From IMG/VR virus record IMGVR_UViG_3300042975_000098: a stretch of DNA of 64,000 nucleotides; one strand, written 5' to 3'. The notes beneath the pieces are model-generated. The model was not told the origin of the DNA, did not search any database, and saw only the letters and a list, made by a program, of their open reading frames with translations. Source of the stretch: a virus. This document shows, piece after piece, positions 10,168 to 19,648 of the stretch (positions are counted from its first letter, which is position 1; every line of letters begins with the position of its first letter). The translations under genes and the position numbers were made by a program.

Positions 10168-10995
10168 ATGGATGTCAACAGCAACATCGTCTTCGTAGCG
10201 ATGTTCGGCGACGGCCGGTTGGACACTTCGGTGTGGGATTTCTTCCACGTCGAACGTCTGGTCCACCGCGAGGACATCGTTGACGCCGATGCGGCCGTCA
10301 TCAGGATTCGAGAGCGGTTCGAGGAGTCATGTCCGGCGACGACGGAGATGATCGTCGCCCTCGACTCACCGGTGCGAGATGGCGTTCTGCGCGGTGATGA
10401 TTCCGTGCGCATGGCCGACATCGTGGGCGGTCTCATGCCATACTCCGTGCACATCGCGAACGTCGATGACCTGCTGGCGATGGCATCATGGGAAAACATC
10501 GGCATGGGAATGGGATCATGGCCCGACAAATCGTTATGGGCTCATTCATCGCGACTGCTCCATGTCGGGTTGCATCGCCGCGACATCGGCATATCGCTGG
10601 TGGAGGCGGGACGTGCGATCACCGGGCTGTCCTACAGGGAAGACGATATCTACTCGAAGCAGCTTTCGGTCGTTAACTACGGCAAGTCGCCACGATACTA
10701 CCTATGGATACTGCGCGACTTCCTGGAGCACGCGAGCCTGTTATGGTCGCCCGACATGATATCGGTGGTCCCGTTCATGGAACCCGCGGAAGCCGACCTG
10801 GTGCTGGCCGGCGTCTCGTCGGATAAGGTGACTTCGCCGTTGCTTGACTCGGGGTATTACTCGACGATCGTCGAATGGGTGGGCGTCGGAGCAAGCCTCA
10901 CCGAGCAGAAGGACCTCATAGGCGACACCCCGGTATTCATACGCAACGATTCGGCGGTCCAAGATGACGGCATAGTGGAAATGAGGTTGGGTTGA
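10168..10995 (+). CDS. Hypothetical protein
   Basis: ATG at 10168 after AAGGGG; fills the operon gap. Confidence 0.6.
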   Translation: MDVNSNIVFVAMFGDGRLDTSVWDFFHVERLVHREDIVDADAAVIRIRERFEESCPATTEMIVALDSPVRDGVLRGDDSVRMADIVGGLMPYSVHIANVDDLLAMASWENIGMGMGSWPDKSLWAHSSRLLHVGLHRRDIGISLVEAGRAITGLSYREDDIYSKQLSVVNYGKSPRYYLWILRDFLEHASLLWSPDMISVVPFMEPAEADLVLAGVSSDKVTSPLLDSGYYSTIVEWVGVGASLTEQKDLIGDTPVFIRNDSAVQDDGIVEMRLG

Positions 10996-11672
10996 TCGTA
11001 TTCGTACTTATCGTGCTCGCGGCGCTGACCGCGTGCTCTATCCCGTTCCTCCTCGCGTGGGGGAAGATGCCGGTGCGAAAACGCGCCATGCTGGTGGGGG
11101 CCGGCGTTCTGCTCTCGCTCCTGTCCGGTCTGCTGGCATCCACGCTGACGACCGCGACCGGGGACGCGGCGCTCGCGGTCGTGGAACCGATCATGATGTT
11201 CGCATTCTACCTTGGTGCGTTCGCGCCCGTGGACTGGAGGATGCAGCTCATCCCCAGATGGTCATCGGTCGCGCTCATGATCGCGCAGAACGTGTTCGCC
11301 ACGGTCATGCTGGCCAGAGCGCATTCCCATCTCCTATGGTTCTCCCTGATCGTTTCGGCCATGCTCTGGGCGTTGCCGCTCGTGCTCGCCGCGCTGAACA
11401 TGCCCAACATGTTCGGCATGAGCGACGGTCGACTGCTCGCAGCGTTCACGCCGGCGGCGCTGCTGGCGTTCGGGTACGCGGCATGGATACCGTTCGTGGC
11501 CATGGGCGCGGCGCAGTTCGTGTACTCGGTGATCGCGGCGCTGACGGCGGGCGGCAGGGACCTGCGTTCGCCCAGCGCCCGCCGGGACAAGAGCATACGC
11601 CATGCGAGCGCGCCGCTGGCTCCGTTCGCGTCCGCCGCCTTCCTCGCCGCCGCGTTCCTCGTCGTGGTATGA
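10992..11672 (+). CDS. Prepilin peptidase (A24 family, TadV/PilD-like)
   Basis: Polytopic membrane protein with VDWR...IP and FGMSDGRL (GxGD-like) aspartate motifs. Confidence 0.7.
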   Translation: MIVFVLIVLAALTACSIPFLLAWGKMPVRKRAMLVGAGVLLSLLSGLLASTLTTATGDAALAVVEPIMMFAFYLGAFAPVDWRMQLIPRWSSVALMIAQNVFATVMLARAHSHLLWFSLIVSAMLWALPLVLAALNMPNMFGMSDGRLLAAFTPAALLAFGYAAWIPFVAMGAAQFVYSVIAALTAGGRDLRSPSARRDKSIRHASAPLAPFASAAFLAAAFLVVV

Positions 11673-11679
11673 TGACGGT

Positions 11680-12108
11680 ATGACAAGACGAAGCGTTAAC
11701 AGGTTGCGGCGTATCATCAAGGCCATCCGGTCCGGCGGCGACATGACCACGATCAACGCCAGCGAGGCCGAGGTGATCGCCCATGCCGATCGGGTCCGCG
11801 CGCTTGACGTGAAGACCAACGGCAGATTGCTCAACATGCTTGAATCACCGGACGTATCGTGGATGGCGGGCATAGAGATACTGCGCTTCGCCGCGAAATC
11901 CACATGGAACGACGAGGACACCATCGAACTCGCGTTCGCGTCGTTGAAGAGCGATCTCGACTTCAAGCTCGGCGTTCTCGATGAGGTCATGCGGCTGGCG
12001 GACGCCGATGGCGTGCCCCCGACCATAGCCCTGTCCATGATGTTGAAATCGAAGCGATATCACACCAACAAGCCAGCACCGTTCACCATCAACAAGGAGG
12101 GACTATAG
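11680..12108 (+). CDS. Hypothetical protein
   Basis: ORF with high-GC3 codon usage in the operon. Confidence 0.55.
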   Translation: MTRRSVNRLRRIIKAIRSGGDMTTINASEAEVIAHADRVRALDVKTNGRLLNMLESPDVSWMAGIEILRFAAKSTWNDEDTIELAFASLKSDLDFKLGVLDEVMRLADADGVPPTIALSMMLKSKRYHTNKPAPFTINKEGL

Positions 12109-12618
12109 ATGCCGCTTCGCAGACACAGGCAGCAACCGCCCAGCGCCGGGGCCGTCGGACCGGAACCACCACGTCGGGCCACGCCGACCGAGCCGCCGAT
12201 GCCCGTTGGCACCGATCGCGAAGAGCCCGCGGCCGGGTCGTGGACACTGCTGGACTCCTATGATGGGGATGGCTACCCCAAGGGACTCGGGCACGGTCCG
12301 CGCGTGAGAATGGTCAAATCCAATGGCCGCACCAAGATCGTCGAGGGACTGTCCTATGAGGAGATGCCTTCCCGGATGAAGAGCCGCATGGACGCGCGGC
12401 CATGCGATGACGCCGGGCAGCTTCGCATCTGGTTGCGATCGAAGAGTTCCGTCGGCATGCCGTATTATGAACTCGGCTCAAGCCAGCACGCCGACAAACT
12501 CGCCGCCAGTCTGCGCGCCCGCGAGTCCGATCTCGCCGATTCGAACGTGGACCTCTCATATGCCACGCGGCCAGCCCTTGGCGACGTCAAGGATCGCAAG
12601 TTCCCCGGGGAGGAATAG
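12109..12618 (+). CDS. Hypothetical protein
   Basis: SD AAGGAGG; abuts neighbours. Confidence 0.55.
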   Translation: MPLRRHRQQPPSAGAVGPEPPRRATPTEPPMPVGTDREEPAAGSWTLLDSYDGDGYPKGLGHGPRVRMVKSNGRTKIVEGLSYEEMPSRMKSRMDARPCDDAGQLRIWLRSKSSVGMPYYELGSSQHADKLAASLRARESDLADSNVDLSYATRPALGDVKDRKFPGEE

Positions 12619-12619
12619 C

Positions 12620-13480
12620 ATGGCCGACGGCAAACGATGCTACCTCGTCATCGATGGCAACAACATCTCGGTCAGGGCGGCCTCGGTGATTCCCCCTCAA
12701 CGACTCATCGACGACGACCCGAGCACGAAACTCCTATGGGGAATGCTCGGGAAACGCATGAGGATACTTGGCGAGCAGGGGTACGAGGGCATCATCCCCG
12801 TGTTCACGTTCGACGCGGGCTTCACCAACACCGGCGATGATGACGCAGCAGTGAACAGGTACGAGTTCGATGGTCACTACAAGGAGAACCGCCGCGATGA
12901 CGGTACCGACCCGGCGAGGACGGCGCTCGACCGCGCCCGCGCGCGCTGGCGCGACCAGTGGATACGCGAGATCGGCGAACGCGGCATGGTGCTGGCACGT
13001 CACGTGAACACCGAGGCCGATGACATCATGGCGTACATGGCGAATGCGCTCTCCGACGATGCCGACGTGGCTCTGTGGACCATGGATAAGGATCTCATGC
13101 AGTGCGTCGATGACGAGCGCGGCGTGTTCATGATTCGTTACCGGCGCGGGAGCGGCGACGTCAACGTCCGCGCCGCCGACGTGATGGCGGACAAGGGCGT
13201 CCCGCCGACGAAGATACGGCTCCAACTGGCCCTGCAGGGAGATGCCGCCGACAACTACGACCGCATTCCCGGGTACGGTGGCAAGCGTGGACTGGCGATG
13301 CTCACGGACGCGAGCAGCATGGATGATCTGGTGGCCGCGCTGCCCAAGTACGAGGATCAGCTGCGGTTCAACTGGACGCTCGCCGGCGTCGGCGCCGACT
13401 ACATGCCGTCGGCGGCGCGAGCGCAGGTCGATTCATGCGTGGCGGACTGCGTGTGGCGTCAGCCCGAAAGCCATGCGTGA
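12620..13480 (+). CDS. 5'-3' exonuclease / flap endonuclease (PolI N-terminal or T4 RNase H-like)
   Basis: LVIDGNN, YKENR, EADD, DKDLMQ, GDAADNY..IPGYG.K motifs. Confidence 0.9.
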   Translation: MADGKRCYLVIDGNNISVRAASVIPPQRLIDDDPSTKLLWGMLGKRMRILGEQGYEGIIPVFTFDAGFTNTGDDDAAVNRYEFDGHYKENRRDDGTDPARTALDRARARWRDQWIREIGERGMVLARHVNTEADDIMAYMANALSDDADVALWTMDKDLMQCVDDERGVFMIRYRRGSGDVNVRAADVMADKGVPPTKIRLQLALQGDAADNYDRIPGYGGKRGLAMLTDASSMDDLVAALPKYEDQLRFNWTLAGVGADYMPSAARAQVDSCVADCVWRQPESHA

Positions 13481-13592
13481 ACCCGCATGTTTCAGCCGGC
13501 GACCGCTTTCACGGAGGATTCCCACTGGTCCACGCTGGCGCTGCGTGGACTTCAATGAAAATTGATGGAGAACGGTCAAATCGGAATCGCTC

Positions 13593-13728
13593 TACGTCGA
13601 TTGCGCTCACACGGCAAGCGTTTGCTTATCGTATGAGCGTATTTTCTCGATGGCGTCGGAAAAACGGCGTTTTCGATGCCACGGTCACAAAACCATGTTT
13701 TGGCGTTCTACGTTGCTCTCAGCGCGCG
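13593..13728 (+). repeat. ~135-bp dispersed hairpin-rich element, copy 1
   Basis: Aligns with 25347..25482 and 49370..49507. Confidence 0.9.
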
Positions 13729-13784
13729 TCGTTGCCGGACGCTCGCATTGGACTTCGCGCCTGATTCCGTGATATAATGAAGAC

Positions 13785-14204
13785 ATGCTGACATTCAACG
13801 CGCGGGAGCTTCTGCCCCCGGATTCACACACCGATTACTCCACCACGATTCGACGACTCGCGGGACTCGCCATCGACGCCGACGGCGGGGTCCTCCGGTT
13901 CAACAGTCCCGAATCGCTCGCGGAGGAGATCATGAGGCTGATGGTGAAATGGCTGCCGCGGGCCCGCGCGCTGAAGATCATGAGCCGCGTGGATTCCTCG
14001 GCACCGGTCGGCGCGGGGACGCCGGCGGCGTTCGCGCGCGGCGTGAGGACTCGCGTGGAGGACACGATCATCCATTACCACCGTGGCGGTGACGTGTGGG
14101 AGGTCGACGAGGACGTGCGCAAGACCATGGCGCTCATCATACTCTACCTCGCCGTCCGCGCCGACGGCGAATGCGGTCTCGCGCTCGATGCCGAGCGCCG
14201 CTGA
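13785..14204 (+). CDS. Hypothetical protein
   Basis: ATG 6 nt after TATAAT (leaderless-type arrangement). Confidence 0.6.
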   Translation: MLTFNARELLPPDSHTDYSTTIRRLAGLAIDADGGVLRFNSPESLAEEIMRLMVKWLPRARALKIMSRVDSSAPVGAGTPAAFARGVRTRVEDTIIHYHRGGDVWEVDEDVRKTMALIILYLAVRADGECGLALDAERR

Positions 14205-14278
14205 TCGGCGTGCTCGATCGGAGCGTGATATGATGATGTCATACGTCCACCGTGGGCGTCAAGGAATAGGGAGGAACG

Positions 14279-14488
14279 ATGGGTAGCAATCTCATCTCCA
14301 AGTTGGCGAAGGACGCCGGCAAGATCGCCGGCAAGGTAGCCAAGAACGTGACCAAGGAAACGGCGACCGACGTGTGGTCGAGCACGAGGACCGCCGCCAC
14401 GAAGCTCGCGGCCGGCGCCAAGGAGTTCGCCTCCGGCGCCAAGGATGCGTTCAATGACGAGCTTAACGGCAAGGGAGGTGAACAATGA
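14279..14488 (+). CDS. Small Ala/Lys-rich hypothetical protein
   Basis: SD GGAGG; amphipathic repeats. Confidence 0.6.
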   Translation: MGSNLISKLAKDAGKIAGKVAKNVTKETATDVWSSTRTAATKLAAGAKEFASGAKDAFNDELNGKGGEQ

Positions 14489-14637
14489 GTTCGAACTCCG
14501 GTACCGCACTGCGACGTCGCGCGGAGAAGAAGGCCGCGAACAAGAAGATCGATGACGACAAGGATAGGGTCGCACGACTCAATCGCATGATCCAGCATCG
14601 TGGCGAACGTTACGATGACGAGGTTCACGCCGACTGA
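14485..14637 (+). CDS. Small charged hypothetical protein (50 aa)
   Basis: SD GGAGGT, ATGA overlap with the upstream stop; MSSNSGTALRRRAEKK...; followed by a hairpin. Confidence 0.55.
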   Translation: MSSNSGTALRRRAEKKAANKKIDDDKDRVARLNRMIQHRGERYDDEVHAD

Positions 14638-14658
14638 CCGCTGGCTGATCGATAACCG

Positions 14659-14693
14659 GGGGCACCGGGAATCCATGTGGTTCCCGGTGCCCC
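14659..14693. terminator. GC-rich hairpin
   Basis: GGGGCACCGGGAA-N9-TTCCCGGTGCCCC. Confidence 0.6.
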
Positions 14694-14763
14694 TTATCAT
14701 GTCCTCACGCCCGTTGGATCGGTATAATATACTCACGATCCGATAACGATGGAAGGATAATGG

Positions 14764-15918
14764 ATGGCCAAGAAGAAGGAAACGAACGATTCCGAGCTGT
14801 CAGAGAAGGACAGGCTCAACAAGGAGTTCATCGAGCAACTCAACAAAAGCTTCAAGGACCCCGGCATGGCGTTCCTGCTCGGCAGCAACACGCGGCTTGA
14901 CGTGAAGACCGTATCCACGGGATCACTGGCCGTCGACAGCATCGCCGGCGGCGGCCTGCCCTACGGGCGCGTCATCGAGATATACGGTCCCGAGGCGTCG
15001 GGTAAGACGTCGCTGGCGCTGACGGCGGTCGGCAACGTGCAGAAGAGCGGCGGCAACGCGTTCTACATCGACGTGGAGCATGCGCTCGATCCCGTGTACG
15101 CCCGACGCCTTGGCGTGAACACCGCGAAGCTCGGCTTCTCACAGCCATCGTATGCGGAGCAGGCGCTGAACATTCTCAATGAGGTCGTCAAGTCCGGTGT
15201 GTATGACATCGTGGTGCTCGATTCGGTGGCGTCGCTGACGCCGCTGGCGGAGCTCAGCGGCACGCTGGATGACAACTCGGTCGGTCTGCTGGCCCGCAAG
15301 ATGGGGCAGGCGTTGAGAATGATCACTCCGGCCGCCTCGAAGACGAACACCATCGTCGTGTTCATCAACCAGACGCGCGAGAAGGTCGGCGTCATGTTCG
15401 GAAGCCCGGAGACCACGCCCGGTGGCAAGGCGCTGAAGTTCTACGCCAGCCTGCGACTCCGCGTCCAGAAGCTCAAGGTGAAGAAGGATAAGGACGTCGC
15501 CATCGGCACGCTGGTGAAGGTGGAGTGCAAGAAGAACAAGATCGCCCCGCCGTATGGCAAGGCGGAGACGGTGCTCACGTTCGCCCGCGGCATCAACGTG
15601 TCCGCAGAGGTCATCGAGATATGCGTGGCGCACCATATCATCAACAACGCTCGCGGGAGGTTCACGGATGCGGAGACCGGCGAGTCGCTGGCGTTCGGCG
15701 AGCAGAAATTCATCGATCTGCTGGACGATAGGTCGAACGGACTGTATGATAAGTACTACGCGAAGGCCAAGAAGGTTCTGGATGACCGGTCCGCCGAGGA
15801 GGAAGCCGAACCCGATGACATCGACTCAGATGACGGTGATTCGACGGCGCTCGCGGACGGGTCGGCCTTGATGGACCCGGTTCTGGACGCCGCCGACGCA
15901 GCCATCGACGCGGCCTGA
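14764..15918 (+). CDS. recA: Recombinase RecA
   Basis: GRVIEIYGPEASGKT, DVEHALDP.YA..LGV, FINQTREKVGVMFGSPETTPGGKALKFYAS, KNKIAPP. Confidence 0.97.
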   Translation: MAKKKETNDSELSEKDRLNKEFIEQLNKSFKDPGMAFLLGSNTRLDVKTVSTGSLAVDSIAGGGLPYGRVIEIYGPEASGKTSLALTAVGNVQKSGGNAFYIDVEHALDPVYARRLGVNTAKLGFSQPSYAEQALNILNEVVKSGVYDIVVLDSVASLTPLAELSGTLDDNSVGLLARKMGQALRMITPAASKTNTIVVFINQTREKVGVMFGSPETTPGGKALKFYASLRLRVQKLKVKKDKDVAIGTLVKVECKKNKIAPPYGKAETVLTFARGINVSAEVIEICVAHHIINNARGRFTDAETGESLAFGEQKFIDLLDDRSNGLYDKYYAKAKKVLDDRSAEEEAEPDDIDSDDGDSTALADGSALMDPVLDAADAAIDAA

Positions 15919-15979
15919 CCGGAACCAGGTCGGCAACCGGCCCTGACTGGCCATGGGATGAGAGAGTTGAGAGGGAACG

Positions 15980-17737
15980 ATGGTCGAACTGAGCGTGGAT
16001 GATGCGAAGCGCGAGATCAAGGAACGGGTGAGTCTTGTCGACTTCTTCCGCGGCAACGGATTCGAGCTGCGGAAGAAGGGCGGACGATACTGGGCGCTGT
16101 GCCCGTTCCATGACGAGAAGACGCCATCGTTCTCCGTCAACGACGAGACCCGCTCCTACCATTGCTTCGGCTGTGGCAAGAGCGGTGACGTGTTCACCTA
16201 CATGGAGGAGAAGGAGAACCTGTCGTTCATGGAGGCCGTGGATAGTCTCGCCGCCGGCCTTGACATTCAGCTTAAACGAACCCAGCGGGACGAGAACGAA
16301 CCCGATAGGAAGACCCTCCTGCGCATCGTCAAGGCGACCGCCGCATGGTACTGGCAGCGGTACGCCGAACTTCCAGAGGATCACCCGGCGAAGATCGAGG
16401 TGTCCAAGCGCGGCCTGTCCACCGACAACAAGGATCACTATGACCTCCTTGGCTGGGCGCCCGAGAACTCCAAGTCGCTCATCGACCATCTCCATTCGCT
16501 TGGTTTCAAGGATGATGACATGGTGGCATCCGGGGTGATCAGGCGATCGGATGACGGCAGACTGTACTCGCTGCTGCGAGCGCGGCTCACGTTCGTCATC
16601 ACCGACATCCTCAACCGTCCCATCGGGTTCAGCGGGCGTCGCATATTCGGCGACACGAAGGACCGCAAGTACGTGAACTCACCGGACTCGACGCTGTTCC
16701 ACAAGGCCGGCGTGCTGTTCTGCGAGTCGATCGCGAAGAAGCAGGCGGCCAAGGACCACGAGATGTTCGTAGTGGAGGGGCAGTTCGACGTGCTGGCGAT
16801 GCAATCGGTCGGCAAGACGAACACGGTCGCGTCATCGGGCACGGCGTTCACGGAATCGCACGCCGGCCTCATGCGCCGGTTCGTCGGCGAGAAGGGGCGC
16901 GTGGTGTTCTGCTTCGACGCGGATGATGCGGGGCAGGCGGCGGCGATGAAGGCGTTCGTCAACCTACCCAGCCTACAGGGGCAGGCGTACGCGACGATCA
17001 CGAAGGACAAGGACCCCTCGGACATGTACCGTGATGACCCGAAGAGTCTGCTGAACCAGGTGAGCACCATCACGCCACTGTGGAAGCACGTGCTGCTGCA
17101 TGTGGTCGGCCAGCATGACATGACCACCGATCAGGGTCGCAAGGCGTTCATCGTGGACTTCGCCAAACTGTACGAGGCCACCACCGACTCCTACACGGCC
17201 GACTCCATGTTGAAACTCGCCTCCGTGCTGTCCAGCGTGCCCGTGGACGTGCTGTCATCCAAGGGACGGTCGCAGACCGCCGCCGAGCCGACGGCCCCCA
17301 TGATCGATGCGGTCGAGACCGATACCGGGGTGGACGCGCTCGTGGACAATCTGCTGGCGCTGATGCTGGAGAACCCGGATCTGAGGTCGAGACTGCCGGA
17401 GGTCGATCTGCGCGGCGTGCGCGCCCGCAGGTTCGCCCTGTGGATGACGAATCATCAGAACGTCAAGGTGATCCCCGAACTGTTCGCCGGCACGGCGGCG
17501 GAGGCGTACGTGCGCCGGCTGGACGCGCTGGCGCAACGGCTGCACGAGTATGACGAGTTCATGATCCCCGCCGACCCTGCGGAACTCTTCGAGCAGCAGA
17601 AGACCATCATCGCACGCGAGCAGGTGCGTCGACGGACAAGGGACGCGCTCCTGTCGACGGCGGCAACGGCCGACAGCGCCGACCCTGATGTCCTCGCCGC
17701 CGTCGAGGACAAGGTGAGACGTTCCCGTGCGTCATGA
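15980..17737 (+). CDS. dnaG: DNA primase
   Basis: CHC2 zinc finger CPFHDEKTPSF...HCFGCG, KYVNSP, TOPRIM EGQFDV and FDADDAG. Confidence 0.95.
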   Translation: MVELSVDDAKREIKERVSLVDFFRGNGFELRKKGGRYWALCPFHDEKTPSFSVNDETRSYHCFGCGKSGDVFTYMEEKENLSFMEAVDSLAAGLDIQLKRTQRDENEPDRKTLLRIVKATAAWYWQRYAELPEDHPAKIEVSKRGLSTDNKDHYDLLGWAPENSKSLIDHLHSLGFKDDDMVASGVIRRSDDGRLYSLLRARLTFVITDILNRPIGFSGRRIFGDTKDRKYVNSPDSTLFHKAGVLFCESIAKKQAAKDHEMFVVEGQFDVLAMQSVGKTNTVASSGTAFTESHAGLMRRFVGEKGRVVFCFDADDAGQAAAMKAFVNLPSLQGQAYATITKDKDPSDMYRDDPKSLLNQVSTITPLWKHVLLHVVGQHDMTTDQGRKAFIVDFAKLYEATTDSYTADSMLKLASVLSSVPVDVLSSKGRSQTAAEPTAPMIDAVETDTGVDALVDNLLALMLENPDLRSRLPEVDLRGVRARRFALWMTNHQNVKVIPELFAGTAAEAYVRRLDALAQRLHEYDEFMIPADPAELFEQQKTIIAREQVRRRTRDALLSTAATADSADPDVLAAVEDKVRRSRAS

Positions 17738-17741
17738 TATT
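17735..17741 (+). promoter_or_regulatory. YGATATT motif 8 nt upstream of the ATG
   Basis: TGATATT-ctacgagc-ATG, no SD. Confidence 0.6.
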
Positions 17742-17749
17742 CTACGAGC

Positions 17750-19084
17750 ATGGCCAACATGAAGAAAATAGTCCCGCCGCCCATCGCCATCGTCGATAAC
17801 ATCGTGTTCTCGAAGACCGAGGCGTGGGCGTTCTGGAACCTGCCGCTGACGGCCTACGACTTCCTGTCGATGCAGGGGAAGTCGGCCATCCTCGCGCAGG
17901 ATTCCAACGCGCTGATCTCGCTCATGAAGGGGCGTGACGAGCCGGTGGACTGCAAGCTCATCCTCACGAACAGCCCGTTGGACGTGAACCACTGGGAGGA
18001 GAACTACATCGCCCTGTCCTCGACGTGGAACCACCGGTCGGGTTTCGACGAGTTCATCAGGAACCAGATCGACCTCATGAAGCACGAGTACAGCTTCGTG
18101 GATAAGCGGGTGTTCTTCGGCGTGAAGCTCAACAACCGGCTCGCCCTCGATTTCGACGCCATCAACCCGTTCCAGAAAGGGTTCAAGGATGCCATGGAGT
18201 ACACGAAGCGGTTCCTCAACTCGATGCTCGCCGTCCCCAACAACGTCATTCCCGACGAGGAGATAGAACGGGAGCACGCGCTTGAGGAATCGTACAATAC
18301 CATCATCTCGAACAGCGCACTCAATGGCGTTCGCTCGACCACCGAGGAACTCGCCCTGCTCATCAAGCAGACGCTGTACCCCGCCATGCCCGTGCCCAAC
18401 ATCCAGCTTGAAGACGATAGCCGCTGGGGGGCCGGCGACGCGTATGAGGACCTGATAAGCGACATCAGACCACGGGAGAACCCGAAGTACATTCGCATCA
18501 ACCAGACCATCGGCGGACGCCCCTACACCGGCTACCGGGCCACGCTCACGTTCAAGTCGTTCCCGCCGAAGATGCAGCCGCCCATCAGCGAACCATGGAT
18601 ATACTATTCCGTCAACAGCGGCGTGTCCAACCCGTTCGACGTGTTCTCCACGTTCACCATCGTCCCCAACGCCGTCATCCGCAAGGAGATCGAGAAGAAC
18701 AAGAAGATCCGGCAGGATGGCTTCGACAACGCCACGAAAGCGGGAGTCGACCCGTCATCGGAACTCGTCAGCGACCTCGATGAGGCCACGGAGCTTGACG
18801 CGTTCGCCGCGCAGAACCACCAGCCATGGGTGAAATCGACCACGAGAATGGTGCTCACCGCCAGCAGCGTGGAGCAGCTGGAGAAGGACGCCGAGACCAT
18901 GATCCAGAAGTACGGCGACCGCGGCGTCGGCATCAAACTCATATGGACCACGCACGATCAGGTGGACCTGCTGCTGGAATCCATGCCCGGCGCGAACCTC
19001 ATGGAGAAAAGCTTCGTCCAGATGTCCACGATGTCGCTCATCTCGGCATCCGGCTTCAACGTGTACAACGAGATCGGCGACTGA
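17750..19084 (+). CDS. N-terminal half of VirB4/TcpF(ConE)-like protein
   Basis: PIAIVDNIVFSKTEAWAFWNLP...YDFLS resembles the N-terminus of Tn916 Orf16/TcpF-type VirB4; ends at Q..LL.E.MPG...IGD, just before where the ATPase domain would begin; no Walker motifs. Confidence 0.65.
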   Translation: MANMKKIVPPPIAIVDNIVFSKTEAWAFWNLPLTAYDFLSMQGKSAILAQDSNALISLMKGRDEPVDCKLILTNSPLDVNHWEENYIALSSTWNHRSGFDEFIRNQIDLMKHEYSFVDKRVFFGVKLNNRLALDFDAINPFQKGFKDAMEYTKRFLNSMLAVPNNVIPDEEIEREHALEESYNTIISNSALNGVRSTTEELALLIKQTLYPAMPVPNIQLEDDSRWGAGDAYEDLISDIRPRENPKYIRINQTIGGRPYTGYRATLTFKSFPPKMQPPISEPWIYYSVNSGVSNPFDVFSTFTIVPNAVIRKEIEKNKKIRQDGFDNATKAGVDPSSELVSDLDEATELDAFAAQNHQPWVKSTTRMVLTASSVEQLEKDAETMIQKYGDRGVGIKLIWTTHDQVDLLLESMPGANLMEKSFVQMSTMSLISASGFNVYNEIGD

Positions 19085-19085
19085 C

Positions 19086-19646
19086 ATGGGTTGGAAGGGA
19101 AGCCTCGCCGCGCTGCTGACCGGCGCGATCATCGCCGCGGCGTTCATGCTCGGCATGAACGCCGCGGGCGTCGGCGCGTGGACCGTCGTCGGCTCGTCCA
19201 TGGAGGATACGCTCCACTCCGGCGACATCGTGTTCGGGGAGCGCCGTCCCGCCGCCATCGCCGTCAACGACGTCATCGTGTTCACGGACGCCGGCGACTG
19301 GAGCGGTTCCACGAGAAGCCACATCATCAAACGGGTCATCGCGGTCGCCGGCGACCGCGTGCGAATAGACGCGCGCGGCGTCATCACCGTCAACGGGAAA
19401 CGCCAGCATGACGTGCACGGCGAGTACGCGATGTCCTGTCAGGCGGCGCCGATCGACATGACGATACCGGCCGGCCGCGTGTTCGCGCGCGGCGACAACG
19501 CCAGCGTCTCCGATGACAGCCGGTACCAGGCGTGTAACGGGGACGTCGCGAACGCGCTCGTCCCCGTTGCCGACGTGATGCTACGCGCCGGCGGGTTCCG
19601 TCTGCCGATAGGCTCATGGGCGAACGCCATAGAGGAGGCCTTGTGA
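19086..19646 (+). CDS. Signal peptidase I (S26)
   Basis: V.GSSMEDTL..GD, IKRVIA..GD, GDN..VSDDSR. Confidence 0.92.
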   Translation: MGWKGSLAALLTGAIIAAAFMLGMNAAGVGAWTVVGSSMEDTLHSGDIVFGERRPAAIAVNDVIVFTDAGDWSGSTRSHIIKRVIAVAGDRVRIDARGVITVNGKRQHDVHGEYAMSCQAAPIDMTIPAGRVFARGDNASVSDDSRYQACNGDVANALVPVADVMLRAGGFRLPIGSWANAIEEAL

Positions 19647-19648
19647 CC

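Noticed and set aside
14764-17737. Inteins or introns in recA and dnaG
   Set aside because: Both are normal length with contiguous motifs
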